NCBI GenBank assembly: GCA_012295275.1
Contig: CM022671.1
Span: 7,006,001 to 7,070,000 of the forward strand
Direction: 5' to 3'
DNA from: Chrysomallon squamiferum
Lineage: Eukaryota > Animalia > Mollusca
Length of the DNA: 64,000 nucleotides
The stretch's first letter is position 1, and each line of letters starts with the position of its first letter. The position numbers and the translations under genes were made by a program. This document shows, one piece after another, positions 53,002 through 64,000 of the stretch. The notes beneath the pieces were generated by a model, which worked only from the letters and a program-made list of their open reading frames with translations, was not told where the DNA came from and searched no databases.

Positions 53002-54708
53002 TTCATTCATTTATTTATTTAGTTTTTAAATTTTATTAGATGTTTGTTTGTAATTCAGGACAATATCATACTGATGGGATGTCCTGGTTCCGGCAAGACG
53101 ACAACGAGCAAAGTTCTCGGAGAACTGCTGAGTAAACCCGTCGTTGACATTGACGATGATCACTTGGAACCTCTGTGGGGAATGTCTGTCGCAGAAAAGG
53201 TATTCATTTTTAATCTGTTGCAAATTTAACAGTTACTGATTACATATGCCATGTCTATTGCAAAAGAGACTTTTGTTTTAGAAATTTACCTTTCTTTAAA
53301 TATCGATGAATGTATATATATACACACACACACACACACATACACGCACATGTACATATATCCGTCCATTCATCCGTCATATATTTATTAGCTCCTTTCG
53401 CTTGGGACGTCGTTTTTCAAATTTGTTTGTGTAATGCAAAAGAACTAGTAAATACATGGCAGATGAATGAATGGATGGTGGAATGAACAAATGACGATAA
53501 ACACATTTATGGAAATATTTTAATGATTACTAGTTATTATTGTTGTTGTTGTTGTTGTTGCTGCTGCTGTTTTGGTTTTTAAAATTGATTACAAATATAA
53601 TACAGCGCCATCAAGTGGGTGATAAACAGTTCGTGGAAGAGGAAGGAAAAGCGCTTCTGCAGTTCAAAGGTCAAGGTTGCGTTGTGGCTTTGACGGGGTC
53701 AAACCCTCTACACAAAAAAGCCATGGAGCACATTTCTAAAACTGGAACAGTGTTCTTTATGGATGTTCCTCTCAGTGATATCATAAATCGACAGAGACGC
53801 ATGAAGGTCGAGAGAATGGTGGGCTACAAGCGCGGAATGAAGCTGGAAGACATCTTGAAATACAGGCAACAGTTTTACGAGCCATGTTATGACGTAAGAA
53901 TCATCTGCGAAGAGAGACTTGCAGCTGCAGCTATTGCTCGACGAATCCAGACAGTTGTTAATAACCTTGCAGAGGTCAGAGGTTACGTGTCCACACGATC
54001 TGTCAGCAGACCTGAAGAACGGGTGACTTTTCTGGACACTGTTTTATCAGGTACGGCTCCCGATGGCGGAATGTACGTTCCGGAAGCAGACATTCCGTCC
54101 TTCACAACGAGAGAACTCCACCGCCTCTTGGAAAACAATTACGCAGAAAGAGCGTTGAGAATTCTCGAAAAATGGATCGCACCGTTTGACTTGAAACCTC
54201 AGCGCTTGAGAGAGTTCTGTGAAAAGGCCTACACGAACAGAGTGTTCGATTACGCTGACACTGTTCCGGTGAATCATTTAGAGAAGAACCAATACGTTTT
54301 AGAGCTGTTCCATGGGCCCACGGCATCGTTCAAAGACTTGGCTCTTCAGCTGATGGCCCAGTTCTTTCACCACGCCGTACAGCAGGCTGCAACGCACGGA
54401 CCACAACACAAGTAGGTAGTCGTTATGTTCGAGTGGATTAGTGGTCGCACAAACAGCCTGCATCACACTTGACACAAGCTTAGTTAACAATAAAATATGA
54501 GAATAGTTTTTTAACAAATTTGTCAGGATGCATGGACACTATCACTTTCCTTTTTAACTGCATCGTTACGTAGTCTACATAAAAAAAAAAAAAAAATGTG
54601 ACATTATCCCTGTTAGACAAATAGATACCGCAGATTAACAAAGATTTGCTTAAGTACATTTTCATTTTTGTGAATAATATTCAATATCCATGCAAGTCCA
54701 AAAAAAAA

Positions 54709-54759
<51 letters not shown>

Positions 54760-55931
54760 TAATAACAAATAAATAAATAAATACAGCTAATGTAATTTTA
54801 TCACAATTAATCCATTTATGATTTGTTTTAAATCGGAAGTATTCTTTCAGATATTTGATACTGGTGGCGACCTCTGGTGACACTGGGGGTGCGGTACTGG
54901 ATGCTTTTAGTAGACATGCAGGTTACTACTACTATTACAACAATAACTATCACGATAGCACAATTTCCACTGCCGCTGTGTTAATGGTACCACTATGACC
55001 GTGTTAATAATACTCACTTCTATTATTACATACTTTTATTACTATATAATAATAATAATTATTATTATTATATTTTTATAATATTGGTCACAAGAAAGAC
55101 TCACAAATACACCCAAATATTTAATGATTATGTTTCTGTCACAAACGTTGACAAACGTTGGGATATATTTTACAGGAGACGGTGGAGTTGGCGTCGTTGT
55201 GTTCTATCCAGTGCACGGCGTCAGTGAACTACAACGACATCAAATGACGTCAATGACTGGGAAGAACATACACGTTATAGGTAAGTATTCATTTGTTGCG
55301 TAAATTTAACAATACACAATATTGTCGTTAACGAAATATAACACGATTTACCCAGCCTCAAATACTGACATGTACAATTTACAGATACCGTTCTAACCCG
55401 CACGAGTCGATAGTGTATCTGAACGTTTTAGCCAAATGTAACATCTGTATGTACATACATCAGGTGATTTTATGCCATGTGTTTATATCCTTAAAGAAAA
55501 CAATTTCTTTGTATCGTACAAGTAGATTGTATGTGCTTATGTATTTCCAACAACATACATGCACGCCTATAATTATACATAAATACAAAAATTATGTCAT
55601 CGATACACTGGAAAATAAAAACAATACCAATACCTGGATGTGTTTTATATATTTTTTTTTTACATTAGGAGTGGAAGGAGACTTTGACTTCTGCCAGTCC
55701 TCGATTAAGCAAATATTCAATGACAGTAGCTTCACAGAAAATCTGCTTTCCAAACACAACTGCAAATTAAGGTACGACACAGAAAGTGGTTTCCTCTAGA
55801 GTGAATACATTTTCAAATTAATGCCTATCCAAATCAAAATGTGTTGATTATGGTCGTTATTAAGTATTAATTATTGGTTAGAAGACCCGATTTGAAAACT
55901 GAAAATAATTTTGGATTTTATTTTTATCTAG

Positions 55932-55997
<66 letters not shown>

Positions 55998-56190
55998 TAA
56001 CGATGGTAGCACTGGTTTACGTAATGTTAAAATTAATTCTGATAGCAAGGAGAGAAATCGGCAGCATCCATGTGAAATTAAACAGTGATATCGTGAGTCT
56101 ATCCATGTGCGATATAAAATCATGTATATTGTCAACGGAACTTTACACGTTATCCTTTAAGATAGGCATGAACAAGTATGAATTTTTATT

Positions 56191-56247
<57 letters not shown>

Positions 56248-57697
56248 TTCTATCTTCTCTAGTGCTGCCAATTCTCTGAACTGGAGCAGACTGTTACCTC
56301 AAGTGGTCTATCACATTTCCGGTTACCTTGACCTTGTAAAGGGAGGCGTTATTGACCATGGTGACCCGATAGACATCTGCATTCCGACGGGAAACTTTGG
56401 AAACATCCTTGCAGCTTTCTATGCCAAGGTAAATTGAGCCCGTGATGCTTTGGTGTTTATAGTTTTATCTGTTTGTGTTTTTGAAATAGAAAGGTTACAA
56501 TACAAAATAATTTGCTTTTCTAGAATGTTATTAATGTCAAATATGATCTTTGTATATTTCCAGATGTTGCCTGAAAATGTTTTGTTTGTTGGGGTTTTTT
56601 TTGGGGTTTTTTTTTAAATCGTTCTTCCATTATGTGGGCTATTTTCATAGAGTGATGTCATAAAAGGAAGAAAATGGCGATCTGCCTACTTACTTACCTC
56701 ACTCTGCTTCAGTTTCTTTCTTCTTCCATTTCTTTCTTTCTTTCTTCTTCTTCTTCTTCTTCTTCTTCTTCTTCTTCTTCTTCTTTCTTCAGTATCTCAA
56801 TCTGAATCATCTTAATGTACCTAAAACAACGCAATCCAGTGTACAAAATATTTTTCATAATTTCATTAAAAGAAAATGGGGTTGCCTGTTCGCTACCTGA
56901 TTTGCGCTTCCAACGCCAACAACGTCGTCACCGAGTTCCTCCAGTCAGGACAGTACGATCTCCGTGGTCGTCAGATACATCGCACGATGTCGCCAGCCAT
57001 CGACATACTCAAGTCCTCGAATCTGGAACGTCTGCTGTATTACCTGCATGGCAACGACGGCAGCAATGTGAAGAAACTGTACGAATCTTTGGAGTCAAAC
57101 CAAAACTTTCAAATTGTAGAGTCGGTGAGAATTCTTTAATTTATTAAGTCTGTTTACGAGAATTAGTAAGCATTAATATTCATATTTAAATATAAAATGA
57201 CAAAAAATGATGTTGTTGCTATTTTGGTGCGTTTTGTTGCAAGGTGCTAGTGCCAAAAAGTGATATAACAATTTACAAAGGTAAATATTAATATTCTACA
57301 ATAAGCTGATGTCAGTAACAGTGTCACTACAGTATATGGCCATTCTTGTATTTCCATTGATTGCTAATGAACACTGCTAGAAAGGAGAAGAGTTGTGAAA
57401 TTTTAGAAAACAGTTCGAAATTACTTTCAACAGTAATTATTCCCGTGACAAACCGCGTTTAATTTACAGAACAAATATTTACATTATGTTATGTTTTACA
57501 GACCAATTTCTTCATTTCTCTAAGTTTAGACTACGTAAACATTTAGCTGAACATTTTAATTCACAGATAATGGATGAAGTATTTTCTGTTTTCCAAGCTG
57601 GCTCTTGTACTGAACGTGAATGTCGACAGACTGTTGTAAACACATTCAAGAAAACAGGTCTGTATGTGTTACAGTGCGAGTGTGTTTGTGTGTGTGA

Positions 57698-57747
<50 letters not shown>

Positions 57748-58590
57748 ATGTTTAATTGCAGCACAATTCTGGTATGGACAAAACCTTTAATTCTGAAGCT
57801 GTTGGTTTAAAGTAAATGCTTACAAAAAAAAAAAAAAAAAAAAAAAATGACGATATTATGATCAACAATGTAGACAAGAATAATAAGACAGACAAAAACA
57901 ACGGCTATACTGATTACATCTAAATACTAAACTTTAATTTTTAACGAAAATGTCGAAATGTACATATTATGTCTGTACTGCAAGCTCTACACACGGACGT
58001 GAAATATGACGGACTGGAGTGAAAACTTTCTTACATAAACGTTCAATTGTCTATAAAATATAAAGCTACAACAAAAAACAATAAAAAAAAAAAAAAATAA
58101 TTAAAAATAAAGTTTTTAAAAATTAAGAAATACTATTTTCGTATTTGTTTAAAATGAGTTTACGTCAGATTTATTGTCATCATCATCTTCGTTGTCAGTG
58201 TTATTTCTGTTATCATTTTGACTGTTCTTGTAAGAGCAGCAACGAACGTAATAAAGCTCTGTAGAACGTTTGTTTCGTTTAAAGGTTTGCAGGCTCAGTC
58301 CTCTTCACTTTTTCATTGGGTTGTATCTTCAAATACCACACAACTGATTATTAAAGAACGTGATGTAAAAAATCATTTGCTTCAGGAAAAGAAAATGATG
58401 CATTATGAACACTAAACAGAATTTATTTATTTATTTATTTTTTTTTTTTTTTTTTTTTTTTTGTGTATATCATATGTATATACACTGTGAGGGTATAGGT
58501 GTGTATGTGTTTTCTTAACTGCAAATCATTCAGCATGTATCTAGTTTGTTCTCGTGTAAGACAATAAGAACATTAAAAATTCGGCCTTTC

Positions 58591-58660
<70 letters not shown>

Positions 58661-59041
58661 TGATCACCACTGTCTTCGTTACGTTTTTTTTAATTTATTT
58701 TTTAATTTATTTTTCCAGGTTACATACTGGATCCTCACACAGCCGTTGCTAAATTTGTGGCAGATCAGTTCAGTAATGGTGAGGTTCCTGTTCTCATAGC
58801 CGGAACGGCACATTTTGCCAAATTCGCTGACGGGGTGCTGCCATTGTTAAACCGTGACCTCAAGACCAACCTTCCGGTTCCGGAACTCATCCAAAGAGCG
58901 ACCATGTCGCACTCGCAGCCTCCAATGAATTCTGGTCTAGCAGCAATGGCGCACAAGCACGTGACGCACACGTCAGTGTGTGAAGCAAAACGAGACGACA
59001 TCATGAAACATATCAGTAACATTGCAAGCACATTAGTCTGA
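51995..59041 (+). CDS. THNSL1: Threonine synthase-like 1 (shikimate-kinase-like domain + PLP-dependent threonine synthase domain), 10 exons, probable mitochondrial presequence
   Basis: Exons 51995-52102 (R/K-rich presequence), 53059-53199 (NIILMGCPGSGKTT), 53606-54411 (ALTGSNP, APDGGMYVP, ELFHGPTASFKDLAL with the PLP lysine), 54851-54921 (VATSGDTG), 55176-55280, 55669-55770 (GDFDFCQ), 56263-56428 (ANSLNWSRLLPQ, IPTGNFGN), 56873-57124 (ASNANN, SPAIDILKSSNLER), 57567-57657 and 58719-59041 (GYILDPHTA, TAHFAKF). Confidence 0.93.
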
Positions 59042-59515
59042 GCAGAGTTTTGTCTGGATTTTGAAATACAAGAGATATTTTAGTATAAAATTATATATAT
59101 ATTTAGCTAATGAATATTACATTATGAGTGAACGCGGAAAAAAAAATTAAAAACAAATTTAAATCACATCGAACTATTTAATATACATATGCTGTTAATG
59201 TGGCCTTCTTCTGTTATTGAGTAAATCATAAATAAAATAGAATTGAAGTAAATTCGGAGTTAGAGGCCGTGCTGTCTGTTCACCTGCACGTTCACCAAAT
59301 GCAGTACAAGAATGTCGTAAATCAGTGCTATACATATCAGTCGAACATAGCACTGTAATGCAAGATATCTACGGATTGTAACAGACGCGCACATTGTATT
59401 AATTATCTCGAAAAGATAAACAGTAATGTAAGGTGAGGAGAATAGTGTCAAATCAGTTCAAAGAAGACAGAGCGAGATGCACACTCCAAGAAAAAGAAAT
59501 GATAATAATAATTAA

Positions 59516-59567
<52 letters not shown>

Positions 59568-59746
59568 TATATATATATTAAATTAAAAAAAATATATAAA
59601 AATATATATATATATATATTATATATTATATTATATTTTATTTAGTATAAAAATAAATATAAATAAATAATTAAACATTTTTTGAAAAATTAGGTGGGTA
59701 TTTTTTCTTTTTCTTTTATTTGAATATCAGTCTTATCGTTTTGTTA

Positions 59747-59809
<63 letters not shown>

Positions 59810-59833
59810 TATTAGTTGTTATTGCAGTTATTC

Positions 59834-59902
<69 letters not shown>

Positions 59903-62065
59903 AGCTTTTAATTTATACCTGGCTAGTCAGCTTTTCTTAAGAATACAATTCGAAAATACAGCACAACAGACTAAAAATAGATTCCTTATGAATGTGAGAG
60001 GCTGTGTAAAGACGTCATAAGTCTAAGTACATGTGAACCGTTTCAAGTATCTGTTCCCCCGCTAGAAGGTACGAAACGTCTGGAAAATTCGACCGGACAC
60101 GGCTATGATTAAACGTAATCCATATACATATTTGTCTGTCGTTTCATTATTATTACAAATTATTTGTTACTTGAGTGGATAATTTTATCATTTTGGTAAC
60201 AATGGTGGTAATTTTAACTATTAAAATTATCTATATTATATATAACATTTATCTGTTTATTATAATTATAAATAATTTATTACTAGCTGCTAATATTATC
60301 ACTTGCTGTTACAACCAATAGTGGTAATAGTAACAGCAGCAATAGTAGTAGTATAATAGAAGTAGTAATAATCGTATTAGTAGTGTTATTAATAATCTTA
60401 GCGTTATAATTAACTAAATGACAAATGTCACGTCTGCTTCCACACGATAGAGACTCCTATATGGAAGGTGTGTAAATTTATACCTAAACAGTCATTCAAA
60501 AACGATGTAAGGCTAAAAATAACCCAAAGGAAAATAAACTAACTTTAGTAGTAGCAGTAGATATCGTTCTTAATTTGTTTTAAGAAAGAAAGGCAAGATA
60601 GTTTCTTTTTTCACAAACCATTATCTCGTAGCATTTTTTTTTTTTTTAATAGCTATTGTCACGTGAACATAACCCCCGTGATTTTTGGCAGTTTACCCTG
60701 TAGCCGTATATTTTATTACATGATGCAATACACGAATAGGGGAATGTCTTGAATACTTATTTAAATGTTTTGCACCTATCCTTAAAATGACTAAGTGAAA
60801 ATGCCTAAACGTAGACATAACCCAATGTCACCAGATGTTCTATATTTAGATAGCATTTCTGTATTCAAGCAATTTTTTACTTGTAACGATAAATGTCCTG
60901 TTTTCAGACTTGTCACTAAAATGTACTAGCAGCTGTTATAAAAACAAACATTAATCTTTACTAAAAATAATTTTATTTTATTCATATATATATACATACA
61001 ACTCATACACATAAACTCACGCAAACGCATACATTCATTCATAAAAATAAAAATAAATTGTTCCGTTAGTTTATACGCGTTACTTAATTGACTAAATTAG
61101 TACATATGCCGTATATGGAATATTGGTTGTAAAGTCGTAGTTGTTTGAATCGCATGACCAAACAAGATCATCTAAGTGGTTGAGTAATTTTGTAAGAATT
61201 GCCAACAAGGACACGTGTCTTTGTTGATAAACAGTCCATTACGGAGTATGGTATGTTTAACTTAACCCAGAAATATCCAATGAAATCGGTTGTGACAAAC
61301 CGAAAATCAGGCCACAATTCTATGGCATGATATAATCCAAACCGCTATTTATAGTAGAAACGGTAAATATAAGCAGTCATTTGTTTTCATCAGTAACATT
61401 ATGGTAAGCTAAGTTTTATTATGAAATAATTGATTAATACATCAAATTTATTTTCGTAAAAAAAAACTGTTGTTAATTTAACTGGTTATATCTGATATAT
61501 ATATATATTCATTTGACACCTCTCTATTGACGAATAGAATATAGTATTGAAGTAAACGTAACACACTGAACAAGATCTACCTCAACATATATTTGTTCAC
61601 AACGCGTATTACAGGGAAATTTGTTTAGCAGGTATGTATAACTTATATCAGCTGGATAATATTATCAGCGACATTTTAATTAAACTACATAAATGTGTCA
61701 CTGAACATTTGCAGTAAACTGTAATCAGTACTCTGAACTGTGAATACTAATCTGTAATCAAATGTCTACTGACTACTGTCTACATAGATTATAATTCAAG
61801 TTACATCAGATTTATTTAGTACCGACATATGAAATAGCTAATATTTTCGGATTGTATGTAATACATATATGATGCAAATGGTTTGGTCCCTAGTATTTAT
61901 AAAATTAAACTTTAAAACATATAAACTAATTTTGGGGGTCTATCCCTTATGTTGTTAGAGGTGTCACGCCCAGGGGCAAGTAACTCTAATTACGTACATT
62001 GACAGAAGACGGTCATGTTTTATTACGATTACTAAATTACGTAACGATTGTAATATTTCATCATA

Positions 62066-62098
<33 letters not shown>

Positions 62099-62791
62099 AT
62101 GAGCCTTTTGCCTAAATCACGGAACCGGAAAGTAAAAATTGATACTGAACATTGTAGATTAATTTCCAATGTAATTTTGATCATGTTAATAATAATTTAA
62201 AAAAGAAAGAAAATGACGATTAAAAAATATTTAAATGAAGGTGTAAATGATTAGTTTTACTTTTATTTTAATTTCTTCACATCGTGAATGATGAAACAAA
62301 AATATGTTAATAAAGCATAATTTCATTTAAACCTGTTAAGTTTCCCACCAAGACATGATATTGATAGTCTGCCATTAATGTTGCTTTTAAACATACTTCA
62401 TTTCAATTTCTGCATATAACAAATTGGTGTTCCATAATGAAAAATGTGATCTACAGTAGATTTGTGTAAAGTCCATTTTTAGGTGCTGCCAAAATAATGG
62501 TTGAGGAGCTATAATTGCCATATGTTTATAAATGATTATAACTTCACTGTATAATTTATTGTCACTGTATTTCTATGATTAGCATCAAATTTAACTTACA
62601 AGATGCCAGCCATCAAAATTATTTGAAAAAAAGGCACTAAACAACATGTATTTACATGTCTATACACACACACACACACACACATATTTTATGATGTATA
62701 AGTGAAGAGAACATGGAAACCATGAAAGTCATGAGGATTATGATTTATTGATTTATTTATTTAATGTTTCAGAATTAATTATATCCTTGCC

Positions 62792-63667
62792 ATGGCTGGT
62801 TTACGTAATCCTGCTTCTGCTTGTACTCGTCTGTTCATCTGTCAGGCTGAGAGTGGAACAGTGAACAGACTGAGAGCTGTGTCACCAATCATCTGGCAAC
62901 AAGAACTCTGTGGCTGTGGATACCGTGAAGCAGGTACAGTCCACCAAGTTTACCAAACCCACACCAATTCCAAATCGCCACCTCAGCCAGACAAGAAAGA
63001 GAAAGAGAAAAAATTGTCCTATTTTGAAACTGTAAAAGAGCAGGTGAAAAATGTTGAAAAAATGAAGGATGGCATCGTCAGTTCCCTCTCAAATTCTGCC
63101 ATATCAACAGCAGTTATGCCAGGCAGGTTTTTGGAAAGCGTTCAGAAAAATCTATCTTTCATTAACCGTGTGCGAAACAAAATGATGTCAGATATAAATT
63201 CAGTGTCGGAAACCATAAACTACCAGGTGGCAGAGTTTAAAAAGTTTGAAAGAAAATTAAAAGGTAAAAATACTTCTAAAAATGACACCAGTCCAGCTGG
63301 GAGCAAGGACAATCACTCGTTTCAAGATTTCATGAAGGATGCAAATCAGAGCATTGCATCCTTTTATGACACCTCCATTGCTGTGGAAAAGATTCAGCCC
63401 AAACAGCCTGAAGCAGACGCAGCCAAAGAAGAAGAAGATGACCAAACAACAAAACCTGCAGTTAGTAAAGAGTTGAAGAGTGAGGTTGAAAGAAAGAAAT
63501 CTATTGCCCAAAAAGACTTTGTTTCAAAAGGAGCCATAGAGACACGAACAAGAGCTCTGGTTCATGCAATTAAACTGGCGTCATCAACTGCATCCAAATA
63601 CACACGCACTGAAGAACTTTGTAACCATCTATTGCAGTATCCAGATAGTAGAAATGCAGCTTTAAAG
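62792..63667 (+). CDS. PNPLA8: Calcium-independent phospholipase A2-gamma, first large coding exon; gene continues beyond the window
   Basis: The long N-terminal exon ends IETRTRALVHAIKLASSTASKYTRTEELCNHLLQYPDSRNAALK|gtacgt, matching the conserved iPLA2-gamma segment RTRALV....R.EEL..HLL..P that precedes the patatin domain. Confidence 0.82.
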
Positions 63668-64000
63668 GTACGTTTGATATTTTAATTTGAATTTCATGTT
63701 TTGTTAGGAAGGTGTTAATTGTTTGAAGGTTTTTTTTGTTCCTTTATTTATTTATTTATTTATTTATGTTAATCTATATTATTTTTTTTTATTTTTTTTT
63801 ATTCTGTTAATTATTTATTTATTTATTTAAAATGACAAGTTTTTAATGCCACTGATATTCGCAGATCTTTAGATTTGTTTTAATCAATGTATTCCAGTTT
63901 ACTTGTAACAATTTGTCAGTTATGACTGTGAACTGTACTTTGTTACATCTGTTAGACTGATGTGGCTTTTAATTTTTGCTTCTTTTTTTCTTTCATTTGT

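Noticed and set aside
53059-54411. Shikimate kinase-threonine synthase fusion as a novel or horizontally acquired gene
   Set aside because: This is the known architecture of animal THNSL1, and the gene has ordinary spliceosomal introns.

Overview
This is AT-rich, microsatellite-dense animal genomic DNA with GT-AG introns, most consistent with a mollusc or other lophotrochozoan; the species cannot be determined from the sequence. Most ORFs in the track are simple-repeat artefacts. The minus strand carries an inward-rectifier K+ channel (Kir) broken by three small insertions, a ~28-exon DUF4062-NACHT-WD40 (NWD1/2-like) gene and a two-exon divergent Shaw/Kv3-like channel. The plus strand carries a secreted four-domain F-type lectin, a decayed PSMF1/PI31 copy, THNSL1 and the first coding exon of PNPLA8. 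There are also several MITE/retro-element fragments, many minisatellites and interstitial TTAGGG repeats. The most notable observations are tandem arrays in the NWD gene built from its own exon-intron junctions (one a ladder of CAG|GTAAAT motifs resembling recursive-splicing ratchet points), non-canonical pore, sensor and gate residues in both channels, and a Kir terminal intron whose splicing or retention gives the same C-terminus. Exon coordinates were read by eye and may be off by a few bases.
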